Below are positions 20,119 to 29,947 of a stretch of 64,000 bases of DNA, piece after piece. The notes under the pieces are model-generated. The model ran no database searches. It saw only the letters and a list, made by a program, of their open reading frames with translations, and had not been told where the DNA came from. The DNA is from an uncultured Candidatus Saccharibacteria bacterium. Its GTDB lineage: Bacteria; Patescibacteriota; Minisyncoccia; UBA6257. Positions within the stretch are counted from its first letter, which is position 1, and the number at the start of each line of letters is the position of its first letter. The stretch covers positions 254,930 to 318,929 of the forward strand of contig CAZUBI010000001.1 in the NCBI GenBank assembly GCA_964618625.1. The letters run 5' to 3'. Position numbers and translations under genes: made by a program.

Positions 20119-22131
20119 TTACATAGCATTCAACAACAGTGACGATGTCTTAAAGTCACCTAAGTCAAACGTATAGAAGTTAGTGTTTGTACCAGTGCTA
20201 ATTGTACCCCAATTAATTGATTCCAAAGCTACATAGTGAGATCCAGTAGTACTAGCAGTTAGGACAACTTGAAGAGTAAATTGTCTTGTATCATTCTCTT
20301 CAACTTGGAACACTACACCAGAACTATCATCACTATCACTTGATGAAGACTCAAGAAGTTGAGAAGCAACTGTAGAAGTACCTGCAGATGACGTAATGTC
20401 AAAAACAACACCCTGTCCAGCAGCGTCAGAACCATTATCATCTTCAGTAGTATCTTCAATATACATATCATCACCAAATGCTAATACATTAAAGACAATA
20501 GTGTAAGTTCCCTGATCGTTTTCACTCGCTGCGTCAGCAGAAAAACTCTTTATCCTTTCGACACTAACCAAACTCACTGAAATACCATCATCATAGACAA
20601 CGTGCGCTTCACCAACAGCAGTACCAGACATATCTCCAGTACCCAAATCTTCACCGGTTTCATCTTCTGCGTCAATGGCAGCGCGTTCAGTACTAGAAAT
20701 TTGAGCAAGAAAAGTATCTCCTGCGTCAAGAACGTCTGCTATTGAATTAAAGTCTGCCTTAACAAGGCATGTGTATGTCTCGCCTGCCTCAAGAACAAGG
20801 TCAAGATTATCAAATATAACTGTCTCTGTACTGCTAGTTACGCCTACTGTTGTATTTTCTGATCCTACTTTTTCTCCATCCACATAGAGATAAAGCGCAG
20901 AAACGAGATCATCTGGACCATTTCCAGTGCTTTCAACTGAAACAACATTCACAGGAATATCATCAATAGTAATGTCTGAGCTACCTTCTACCTCCATTGT
21001 GAATGAAAGAATTGATACGTTATCTGTATCATCTGTTGCATGAACATCAATTACATGCGCTTCATTAATACTTTCATCATCAAGAGCAATCTTAAGCTCT
21101 ATATTAGCTGATGTAGCATATGTATCAAACGAAAAAGTTGTAGCACCAACTCCTGGATCCTCGGAAATAGTTGCTCCTTGAGCATCTAGATACCGAATAG
21201 ATGAATAGTCAACAGTCCAAGTATCACCAGCATCAGCAGAATCAAGATTGTTAATGCCAGAAATCTTTACATAAAGAATACCTGTAGCTTCTGCAAGAAT
21301 AATGTTATTACCACTAAGTGTAACTGTCCTGATCCAGGTGTTGTCATCATCAAAAGTATCGGCATCTACGCGAGCAACTTCATTACTACCAAGCCATACT
21401 GAGACTTCGTCTGCAAATTTGTCAAACTCTCTACCAGCTGTAGCTGTGCCTTGAGCAAAAGTAAGCTGGATAGCTGTGATTCTAAGATCTGAGCCCTCAT
21501 CAGCTTCTATTTCAAGACCAGCAACTACAACATCATTCTCAGCTTCACCGACTTCCTCATTAGAAAGTCCGCTGGAAAGTTCATAGGCTACAACTGATCC
21601 TGCTCCACCCGTAAGAGCTGCTACAGTAGTTGTAGTAGTTGTATCTACGGGAGCAACTGTAGTAGTTGTTGTAGGAACTACTGGAGTACAATACAAAGCA
21701 TTGAATTTAGCTCTGGTTGTAGAACCAGCATAACCAGTCCCTTTAGTGAATCCCCAAGAAGCTAAAACCTCAGAAGCATATTTCTCCTGAAACTTAATTA
21801 CTGCGGCTTTGGTCAATGCACCGAAATAAGAAGTTTCATATCCAGAAGCACCAGCCCCAGAAATAGCCACTTGAGTGGCTGAATCTTGGTTTAATCCTTG
21901 CTGGAGTATCTTTACTTCAGCGCTTGTCATTCCTGAGGAAAGATCGCCAGTAAGACAAAGCCCTGTAGTAGTAGTTGTCTGCCCAGATATTTGTGCTTGT
22001 AGCGAAGTAATCTGAGCTAACAAAGCTGTAATCTGAACTTGAAGATCTGCAATTGTATCTGCGCCTGCTGAGCCAACCATAGAAACGGCAAAAGCTACAG
22101 CAATAACAGAAGCAATAATTTTATTTTTCAT
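20119..22131 (-). CDS. Secreted acidic surface / S-layer-like protein with N-terminal peptidoglycan-binding domain
   Basis: Signal peptide, coiled coil, YFGALTKAAVIKFQ motif, Thr linker, D/E/S/T-rich beta region. Confidence 0.7.
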   Translation of the reverse strand: MKNKIIASVIAVAFAVSMVGSAGADTIADLQVQITALLAQITSLQAQISGQTTTTTGLCLTGDLSSGMTSAEVKILQQGLNQDSATQVAISGAGASGYETSYFGALTKAAVIKFQEKYASEVLASWGFTKGTGYAGSTTRAKFNALYCTPVVPTTTTTVAPVDTTTTTTVAALTGGAGSVVAYELSSGLSNEEVGEAENDVVVAGLEIEADEGSDLRITAIQLTFAQGTATAGREFDKFADEVSVWLGSNEVARVDADTFDDDNTWIRTVTLSGNNIILAEATGILYVKISGINNLDSADAGDTWTVDYSSIRYLDAQGATISEDPGVGATTFSFDTYATSANIELKIALDDESINEAHVIDVHATDDTDNVSILSFTMEVEGSSDITIDDIPVNVVSVESTGNGPDDLVSALYLYVDGEKVGSENTTVGVTSSTETVIFDNLDLVLEAGETYTCLVKADFNSIADVLDAGDTFLAQISSTERAAIDAEDETGEDLGTGDMSGTAVGEAHVVYDDGISVSLVSVERIKSFSADAASENDQGTYTIVFNVLAFGDDMYIEDTTEDDNGSDAAGQGVVFDITSSAGTSTVASQLLESSSSDSDDSSGVVFQVEENDTRQFTLQVVLTASTTGSHYVALESINWGTISTGTNTNFYTFDLGDFKTSSLLLNAM

Positions 22132-22297
22132 TTTATTTAATCGAATTTTTGTTTAATTTTTATGTTATTAACGACCTGCCTTGAAACTAATGAAGAGCGC
22201 TCTTTATGCACCCATCAGTTTCTCTTATGGGCAATAACTTTGCCTACCAAAGTTTTGGCAGGCGAATCCAAATTCTCTAAGAAGATTTAGTTTCGAC

Positions 22298-23152
22298 CTA
22301 ATTTTCCTCCAAAGAGTGGATTGACAATAATTTGTTAATACTTTCAATCTTATCTATCGCTGTCAAGCAATCTCCAGCTTTAAAAGCATTACTTGCTTCT
22401 AATAATAAATTCTTACATTTTATAATGTCACCTGGGGACCATCGATATAATTCATTCTGATTAGCAGTAAAATATTTCCCTAAATCTTCTAATTTATTTT
22501 GTAAATAACCAGGGCATTGATTAATTTCTTCAGTGGTTTCTATAATAAGAGCAAGAACCTGTGATTGGGAATTTTCTACACTTTTATTCAATTCTTCTCT
22601 TTCTTTTTCTTCTAAAGAAATCTTATCTGCAAGATTTTGTAAAGGCTTACTTCTTTCTTGAATGTCTTTTGAAATATTTAAAGCAACTTGTTTGTTATTT
22701 ATATTTTTAATTTCCTGAGAAACAATTTCTAAATCTTTTCCAATGTTTTTTGCAATAACACTTATCTCTTTCTCATAATTTTCAACTTTACTTAAATCTC
22801 CCATTCTTGCTTTTACAACTTCCAAACGAACAACAGGTTTTGTATTTTCAGAAGCAAGATAAATCTTAGCATTCTGGGTTAAAGTTTTTATTGGATATAA
22901 AATATTACCCGGTAAAGTTGTCTGGGCAAAAGCGAATGAAAAAACAAAGAAGAAAGCTAACAAGGAAGGAACTAATGTTTTCTGATATTTGGAAATAAAA
23001 GAAAAAACCGCCAGTTTAACTTTTGGTTTATTATATAAACCACTTTGCGGTTTGGTCTGTAAAATATTGGCTTTAAGCCAATTAGCCCAATCCTGATTGG
23101 ACTTTATTTGTTTTAAATCTTGTAATTTTTGAATAAGCTCTTTTTCTTGCAT
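22298..23152 (-). CDS. DUF5667-type membrane protein, putative anti-sigma factor
   Basis: Single TM followed by TLPGNILYPIK motif; directly downstream of the ECF sigma; start moved to MQEKEL. Confidence 0.65.
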   Translation of the reverse strand: MQEKELIQKLQDLKQIKSNQDWANWLKANILQTKPQSGLYNKPKVKLAVFSFISKYQKTLVPSLLAFFFVFSFAFAQTTLPGNILYPIKTLTQNAKIYLASENTKPVVRLEVVKARMGDLSKVENYEKEISVIAKNIGKDLEIVSQEIKNINNKQVALNISKDIQERSKPLQNLADKISLEEKEREELNKSVENSQSQVLALIIETTEEINQCPGYLQNKLEDLGKYFTANQNELYRWSPGDIIKCKNLLLEASNAFKAGDCLTAIDKIESINKLLSIHSLEEN

Positions 23153-23192
23153 AATTTCTTCTACTACACAAGACGTAAAAAACAACAATTTG

Positions 23193-23687
23193 TTACACTT
23201 CTAATTGTTCTTTTAATGCCTGTAATGCCCTATGGATTATTACTCTTACATTTCCTTCTCTTTTCCCGAGTATTTGCGCAATCTCTTTGCTGGATAAATC
23301 ATCCACATAATGCCAAATAATGACATCAGCATAAACAGGTTTTATATTATGAAAAACTTTTTTAATTCTCTTCATTTCCAAAGTTAATTCTATCTTTTCA
23401 ATAAAAGTTGGTTGAGCAACTTGAAAATCAGCTATTTCCCCAACTTTATCCAAAGAAAGAGGTTTTTTGCTTTTTGCGCGATAAAAATCAATAATTTGAT
23501 TTCTTGCTATGCGATAAAGAAAAGCAGTTGGATTAGAAATCTCAGAACCTTGTCTTCTCCATAACTTTAAAAAAGCCAAAGAAGTTAAGTCTTGGGCTGT
23601 TTCTGTAGTGTCTACACGAAGATAGACAAAACGGAAAACTTTATCTATATTTTTGTCGTAAAACTCTGAAAATTCCTGTTTATCCAT
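23193..23687 (-). CDS. ECF RNA polymerase sigma factor
   Basis: AQDLTS.AFLKLW, FLYRIARNQIIDFYR, LS.KEIAQILG..EGNVRVIIHRAL. Confidence 0.93.
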   Translation of the reverse strand: MDKQEFSEFYDKNIDKVFRFVYLRVDTTETAQDLTSLAFLKLWRRQGSEISNPTAFLYRIARNQIIDFYRAKSKKPLSLDKVGEIADFQVAQPTFIEKIELTLEMKRIKKVFHNIKPVYADVIIWHYVDDLSSKEIAQILGKREGNVRVIIHRALQALKEQLEV

Positions 23688-23703
23688 AATGAACAACGAT
23701 TAT

Positions 23704-24648
23704 TTAAAAACTTGAAATTACTTTGGCTAATTTCTTAGAATCATGACGAAGCAATGGCCCTTGCCTTAATAGACGAGTGAAAATTACTTTTGGTTTTTTC
23801 CAGGAACTTAGCAATTTCCTATCGTATTTAACCAATTCAGCTTTTTCTTTATTATATTTGCCTAAATAATAATTTCTGGGTTTTTCAATATTAACAAGAA
23901 AATAGTCAATCACTCCTTTTCCAAGATATTTCTCTAATGTAGCAAAAAAATCCTCTTCTGTAAACTTATTTGTCTCTCCATATTTTGTCATTATATTACA
24001 AACATAAATTTTCTTTGCTCGCGATTTCTTTACTGCTTCTTTGATTCCTTTAACTAAAAAATTGGGAATAATGCTGGTATATAGATCGCCAGGCCCAGTA
24101 ATAATAATATCCGCATCCTTAATAGCTTTAATAGCTTCTTTATTGGCTTTAGGCTCTGGATTCAAAAAAACTTCTTCTATAAATAAATTCCCATCATGTT
24201 TGGGAGCGTCAATATTTGACTCTCCTACTACAAGAAAATCGTTTTCTAAACGGGCAAAAAGTCGCGTATAATCCAAAGTTACGGGAATAACTTTTCCTTT
24301 AATTCCTAAAATCTTTGACGCCTCTTTAACAGCTTGATTAAAATCACCTGTTATTCTTTCTAAAGCAGTGAGAAAAAGATTACCAAAACTATGGCCTTTT
24401 AACCCTGTTCCGTTTTCAAAACGATAATTGAACAAATTAGCTAAAACCGGACTATCAGATGAAAGAGCTACTAATACTCTTCTGATATCTCCCGGGGGTA
24501 AAATGCCAAATTCCTCCCGCAAAACCCCTGAAGAACCGCCATCATCAGCTGTTGTGACAATCGCAGATAAGTGAAAAGGGTAATTTTTTAAACCAGTTAA
24601 AACAGTAAATACACCAGTTCCCCCACCAATAACTACAATCTTTTTCAT
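23704..24648 (-). CDS. YvcK/CofD (UPF0052) family protein
   Basis: GGGTG, DDGGSSG.LR, PPGDIR, GHSFGNL, GPGDLYTSIIP, LRHDS. Confidence 0.92.
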   Translation of the reverse strand: MKKIVVIGGGTGVFTVLTGLKNYPFHLSAIVTTADDGGSSGVLREEFGILPPGDIRRVLVALSSDSPVLANLFNYRFENGTGLKGHSFGNLFLTALERITGDFNQAVKEASKILGIKGKVIPVTLDYTRLFARLENDFLVVGESNIDAPKHDGNLFIEEVFLNPEPKANKEAIKAIKDADIIITGPGDLYTSIIPNFLVKGIKEAVKKSRAKKIYVCNIMTKYGETNKFTEEDFFATLEKYLGKGVIDYFLVNIEKPRNYYLGKYNKEKAELVKYDRKLLSSWKKPKVIFTRLLRQGPLLRHDSKKLAKVISSF

Positions 24649-27083
24649 ACCACAAAATTGATGAGTTTGTCTTTAATGAAAACAACCTTCTTTATCTTTT
24701 TCTTACCTAAATGTTTTTTTACTAATGAAGAACTTTTTGCTAATTTTTCAGCTTCTACTTTATTAATGCCTTTTTTTGTCTTTATTTTGGCTCTTATTTT
24801 ACCATTTATTTGAGCTATTAACACAAAATTTATTTCTTCTGTTAAATGGGATTTAAAAGTAGGCCATTTTTCCTGGCAAACAGATTTTCGATGTTTTAGA
24901 TATACACTCCACAATTCCTCAGATAGATGAGGGGCAAATGGAGACAAAAGCAAAACCAAACTTTCCAAATGTTTCTTATCCACTTTTTCCAGAGGAACCT
25001 CATATAATTGATTAACATATTCCATTAAAGAACTAATGGTTGTATTAAAATGAAGTTTTTCTAAATCTTCTGTTACTTTTTTAATGGTTTTATGCCTGGT
25101 CTTTTCCAAATTTTTCAAATTCTCTTTTAGTTTTCTTTTTGCCTCTGTAGTCAAAATTAATTTTTCCTCTTTTTTCTTCTTTTTAGATTTTTTACAAGCT
25201 ATTGGATTTTTTTCAGTCACCAAATACCAAGCCCGATTAAGAAAACGATATATCCCGATAACTCCCTGACTACCCCATGGTTTTGAAAAAGATAAAGGCC
25301 CCATAAACATTTCATACATTCTCAAGCTATCAGTTCCATATTTTTTAATAATATCATCAGGGCTTATTACATTACCCCTTGATTTAGACATCTTTTCTCC
25401 ATCTTCGCCTAAAATAATGCCTTGATTAATCAAACAAGAAAATGGCTCTGAGGTAGAAACTATTCCAATATCATAAAGAAATTTATGCCAGAAACGGGCA
25501 TATAAAAGATGCAAGACCGCATGCTCCACTCCTCCAATATAAATATCAACTGGCATCCAGCATTTTTCTTTTTTAATATCAACTAATTTTTTCTTATTCT
25601 TTGGATCCAGATAACGCAAAAAATACCATGAAGAGCCTGCCCATTGCGGCATTGTATTTACTTCTCTTTTAGCAGGACCTTTACATTTTGGACACTTTAC
25701 GTTTACCCAAGAGGAAATATCTGCTAATGGCGATTTACTCTTTCCACTTGGTTGATATTTTCTAATTTCAGGTAGTTTTAACGGCAATTCACTCTCCTTT
25801 AGGGGCACGTTACCGCATCTAGGACATTTAATTATAGGAATAGGTTCTCCCCAATATCTCTGGCGGGAAAAAATCCAATCTCTTAATTTATAACGGACAT
25901 TTTTTTTACCCCCAATATAAAGAGCAATTTTTTCTTGAGCTATTTTTGAAGAAGTACCATTAAACGGCCCTGAATTCATTAATATTCCATCTGATGAAAT
26001 AACTTCTTTTACTGGCAAACGAAACTGCTCGGCAAATTGAAGATCCCGTTCATCATGCGCAGGCACACCCATTATCGCTCCTGTTCCATAACTCATTAAA
26101 ACATAATCAGACACCCAAATCGGCACTCTTTCCCTGTTAGCAGGATTTATAGCATACGTTCCAATAAATACTCCGCTTTTTTCTTTAATTTGAGCTTGCC
26201 TTTCAAAATCTGATTTTTGTGAAGCTTGCTCAATATACTTTTTTACTTCGGAGCTGGAACTTTCTGAAGTAATTTTTTTTATTAAAGGATGCTCTGGCGC
26301 TAATACTAAATAAGTAGCTCCAAAAATTGTATCGGTTCTGGTTGTAAAAACTTTAATATATTCTTCATGCCCAACAACTTTAAATTCTACATCAATGCCT
26401 TCGGAACGGCCAATCCAATTTCTTTGCATTGTTTTTACACGTTCAGGCCAATTCAATAGATCCAAATCCTTTAATAATTTATCTGCGTAAGCTGTTATTT
26501 TCAAAACCCATTGTTTTAATTCTTTTCTTATTACTAAAGTGCCGCAACGATCACATTTACCTCCAACAACTTCTTCATCAGCTAAAACAGTTTTACAAGA
26601 AGGACACCAGTTAACAGAAATTTCATCTTCATATGCTAAGCCATGCTTATAAAGCTGCAAAAATATCCACTGAGTCCATTTATAATAATTAGGATCAGTT
26701 GTATTAACTTCTCTCTGCCAATCATAACTAAATCCCATTGCCTGAAGCTGCTTGCGAAAATGTTTAATATTTTTCGCCACTACTTCTTTGGGGTTTTTCT
26801 TGGTTTTTATGGCATAATTTTCTGCTGGTAATCCAAAAGCATCCCATCCCATTGGATGTAAAACATCGTAACCTTTCATCCGATAATAACGCGACAAAAT
26901 ATCAGAAGCTGTATATCCTTCTATGTGTCCGACATGAAGTCCTTCTCCTGAAGGATAAGGAAACATATCTAAGATATAGATATGTTTCTTTTTAGGCTTA
27001 TCAGCAGTATGCCAAACTTTATAATTGTTTTTAGCCCAAATATTTTGCCATTTGGGTTCAATTTTATTAGGTTGGTAGGACAT
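24645..27083 (-). CDS. leuS: Leucine--tRNA ligase
   Basis: MFPYPSGEGLHVGH, GTGAIMGVPAHD, KMSKS. Confidence 0.97.
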   Translation of the reverse strand: MSYQPNKIEPKWQNIWAKNNYKVWHTADKPKKKHIYILDMFPYPSGEGLHVGHIEGYTASDILSRYYRMKGYDVLHPMGWDAFGLPAENYAIKTKKNPKEVVAKNIKHFRKQLQAMGFSYDWQREVNTTDPNYYKWTQWIFLQLYKHGLAYEDEISVNWCPSCKTVLADEEVVGGKCDRCGTLVIRKELKQWVLKITAYADKLLKDLDLLNWPERVKTMQRNWIGRSEGIDVEFKVVGHEEYIKVFTTRTDTIFGATYLVLAPEHPLIKKITSESSSSEVKKYIEQASQKSDFERQAQIKEKSGVFIGTYAINPANRERVPIWVSDYVLMSYGTGAIMGVPAHDERDLQFAEQFRLPVKEVISSDGILMNSGPFNGTSSKIAQEKIALYIGGKKNVRYKLRDWIFSRQRYWGEPIPIIKCPRCGNVPLKESELPLKLPEIRKYQPSGKSKSPLADISSWVNVKCPKCKGPAKREVNTMPQWAGSSWYFLRYLDPKNKKKLVDIKKEKCWMPVDIYIGGVEHAVLHLLYARFWHKFLYDIGIVSTSEPFSCLINQGIILGEDGEKMSKSRGNVISPDDIIKKYGTDSLRMYEMFMGPLSFSKPWGSQGVIGIYRFLNRAWYLVTEKNPIACKKSKKKKKEEKLILTTEAKRKLKENLKNLEKTRHKTIKKVTEDLEKLHFNTTISSLMEYVNQLYEVPLEKVDKKHLESLVLLLSPFAPHLSEELWSVYLKHRKSVCQEKWPTFKSHLTEEINFVLIAQINGKIRAKIKTKKGINKVEAEKLAKSSSLVKKHLGKKKIKKVVFIKDKLINFVV

Positions 27084-27089
27084 AAAAAA

Positions 27090-28073
27090 TTAATTGGTAG
27101 TTGTGGTAACTCCTGGCGGTGGTGTTTTTGGTAAACGCCCTTTAGGAATTTTTGGGGTTGGTATTGGCAATGCTTTCATAATATTTTCTATAGTGCTGGT
27201 GGCAAAACCTTGTTTTTCTAAAACCTGAACGCTTTGCTGTACCCTATTTTTCAATTTTTCTTTCAACTGCTCTGCTTTAGCCTGAACATGGTCTGAGTAA
27301 TCCCCTAAATTCGTTTGCTGAAGTTGTTCTTGTATACTATTCATTATTCGCAATTGTCGAAATTCTCCAGCTGGCGCAGATTTTAAAGGCTGTAGTTCCT
27401 GTAATTTATTTTCCAAACGATTCATAAACTCTTCCTGATTTTCAAATTTTAAACGAAGAAGGGGTAAGGTTTGATTAATGTTTTGACGAATTCTTTCAAC
27501 TTGAACAACAACTTCTGGGACTTTTTCTAAAATCCTATCTAAAACTTCTGAGTGACGAATCTCAGCTTCTGTGACTTTATCAAGAAGTTTGTCTATATTC
27601 GGATTTTCCGAAGTTTCTTTTAAGCTCTCCATCCTATCTCTTAATCTACTCATTGCGTTTGTATAATTATCAAACGCTTTTTCTAAAACTTCCTGCTTTG
27701 GAGCTTTTTGAGCTATTGCTTCTGCCTCAGCTAATTTTTCTGAAAGTATCTGCAATTGTACTTCACTCTTTTTTATTGGATCTCTAGTCCACCCTACTTT
27801 TAAACCTCTCCACCATTCTTTCAAAAAATAAAAAGGACTAGTAGGAAGTAACCCTACTCTTTTTAATCCTAAGGCTTTTGGAACAGAAAGTTCTTCTTCC
27901 TCTGGTAAAGTTGTTGTAGTTGTATCAACAATCGTAGTGGTCGTAGCATCTCCAACCGTAGTTGTTGTAGCATCAATAACAGTAGTTGTGGTTGTTTCTT
28001 CAGCAAATATTAAATTTACAGAAACTCCGCTAATTAAACCACAAAGAAATAAACCTAAAATTATTTTTTTCAT
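27090..28073 (-). CDS. Secreted DUF5667-type protein with Thr-rich repeats
   Basis: Signal peptide, four TTTT blocks, GLLPTSPFYFLKEW motif, coiled coil. Confidence 0.7.
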   Translation of the reverse strand: MKKIILGLFLCGLISGVSVNLIFAEETTTTTVIDATTTTVGDATTTTIVDTTTTTLPEEEELSVPKALGLKRVGLLPTSPFYFLKEWWRGLKVGWTRDPIKKSEVQLQILSEKLAEAEAIAQKAPKQEVLEKAFDNYTNAMSRLRDRMESLKETSENPNIDKLLDKVTEAEIRHSEVLDRILEKVPEVVVQVERIRQNINQTLPLLRLKFENQEEFMNRLENKLQELQPLKSAPAGEFRQLRIMNSIQEQLQQTNLGDYSDHVQAKAEQLKEKLKNRVQQSVQVLEKQGFATSTIENIMKALPIPTPKIPKGRLPKTPPPGVTTTTN

Positions 28074-28096
28074 ATTTTTATTTTAATTTTTTAATG

Positions 28097-29887
28097 TCAG
28101 GATGATAAAATAGAATTGTCGTCTTTATGAATTATATCACAAAATTTAGTAATTGTCATGCTTCCAATATCACCTTTTTTTCTTTTTCTTACAGCAATAT
28201 TTTTCTTTTTCTCTTCTTTATCTCCTACCACTAAAATATAAGGAATTTTTTGAATTTCTGCTTCTCTTATCCTCTTTGATAATGTTTCGCTACCAGCTGA
28301 AAGTTCAACTCTTAATTCTTTTTCTTGAAGCAATTGAATAACTTTATTGGCATAATCAATATTTTCTTCTTTCACTGGAACAACTACTACTTGAACTGGA
28401 GCTAACCATAAAGGAAATGCTCCAGCATAATTTTCAATGAGTATGCCCATAAATCTTTCAATGCTGCCTAAGATAGTTCTGTGCAACATAACCGGTCTCT
28501 TTTTGTTCCCATTTTTATCAATGTAAAAAAGATCAAATTTTTCCGGCATAATAAAATCCAACTGAATCGTGCCGCATTGCCAGCTTCTACCCAAACAATC
28601 TTTTAAATGAAAATCAATTTTTGGCCCATAGAAAGCTCCATCTCCCTCCTTTAAAATATAATCCATCTTTTTTTCTTCTAAGGCCCCCTTTAGTCCATTT
28701 GTGGCATTTTCCCATATTTCATCAGAACCCATTGCGTTTTCCGGCTTAGTGCTGAGTTCTACATGATAAGAAAATCCAAACCTTTTATATATGCGGCCAG
28801 TTAAATCTATAACCTTTTTTATTTCATCCTTAATCTGCGCTGGAGTCATATATATATGAGCGTCATCCTGAGTAAAGCACCTTACTCTAAACAGACCTGC
28901 CAAAACCCCAGATAACTCATGCCTATGAACTAATCCCAATTCCGCCACTTTTAATGGCAAATCTCTATAGCTATGCAAAGAATTTTGATAAATTAAAATT
29001 CCTCCTGGGCAATTCATTGGTTTGATAGCATAATCTTCTTCATCAATCTTTGTGAAATACATATTTTCTTTGTAATGATCCCAATGGCCCGACTTCACCC
29101 ATAATGTTTTATTCAAAAGTATTGGAGTTTTAACTTCAGTATAACCACTTTCCCGATGCTCTTTTTTCCAATAATCTTCTAAAATATTTCGTAGAATCAT
29201 TCCTTTGTTATGAAAAAAAGGAAAACCAACTCCTTCATCGTGAAAACTAAATAAGTCCAATTCTTTGCCTAATTTTCGATGGTCTCTTTTTTCCGCCTCT
29301 TCTAATAGATATAGGTATTCTTTTAATTCTTTTTCTTTTGAAAAAGCAATTCCAACAATCCTTTGCAACATTGGATTCGTCTCCTTGCCGCGCCAATAAG
29401 CACCGGAAACTTTACTAAGCTTGAAACTTAAAGGAAGATCTTTACTATTTTTTACATGAGGCCCACGGCATAAATCTACAAATTCACCTAGTTGATAAAT
29501 TGATACTGTTTTTGGAGCTTTAATTTTTTCTTTTTTATCTTTAATACTTAATATTTTATTTTGTTCTGTGGTTCCATATTTTTCTAAATCCTTCAAAAGC
29601 TCAATTTTGTAAGATTGCTTTAATTTTTTAAAAATATCTTTTGCTTCTTTCAAAGAAATATCTTCCTTTTTAAAAGATATTTCTTGTTTAATAATTTTTT
29701 TCATTTCTACTTCAATTTTCGGTAAATCTTCTATAGATAAAGTTTTACCAATATCTATATCATAATAAAAACCGTTTTCTATTGTTGGCCCAATACCAAA
29801 TTTAGCCTTAGAATATAAATTCTTTACAGCTAAAGCTAATACGTGAGCCATAGAATGGCGAATAATTTCTAAAAGATCTTGTTTCAT
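28097..29887 (-). CDS. thrS: Threonine--tRNA ligase
   Basis: RHSMAH, DLCRGPH, RDHRKLG, KPMNCP, GAFYGPKID, QCGTIQLD. Confidence 0.97.
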   Translation of the reverse strand: MKQDLLEIIRHSMAHVLALAVKNLYSKAKFGIGPTIENGFYYDIDIGKTLSIEDLPKIEVEMKKIIKQEISFKKEDISLKEAKDIFKKLKQSYKIELLKDLEKYGTTEQNKILSIKDKKEKIKAPKTVSIYQLGEFVDLCRGPHVKNSKDLPLSFKLSKVSGAYWRGKETNPMLQRIVGIAFSKEKELKEYLYLLEEAEKRDHRKLGKELDLFSFHDEGVGFPFFHNKGMILRNILEDYWKKEHRESGYTEVKTPILLNKTLWVKSGHWDHYKENMYFTKIDEEDYAIKPMNCPGGILIYQNSLHSYRDLPLKVAELGLVHRHELSGVLAGLFRVRCFTQDDAHIYMTPAQIKDEIKKVIDLTGRIYKRFGFSYHVELSTKPENAMGSDEIWENATNGLKGALEEKKMDYILKEGDGAFYGPKIDFHLKDCLGRSWQCGTIQLDFIMPEKFDLFYIDKNGNKKRPVMLHRTILGSIERFMGILIENYAGAFPLWLAPVQVVVVPVKEENIDYANKVIQLLQEKELRVELSAGSETLSKRIREAEIQKIPYILVVGDKEEKKKNIAVRKRKKGDIGSMTITKFCDIIHKDDNSILSS

Positions 29888-29947
29888 AATACTGCCTATT
29901 TAAAGGTTGTTAATTATTATATGTTTTATATTAAAAACTTTCAAGCA

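Noticed and set aside
27908-27996. Thr-rich tandem repeats as a contingency or diversity locus
   Set aside because: Codons vary between units, which is typical of a linker in a secreted protein.
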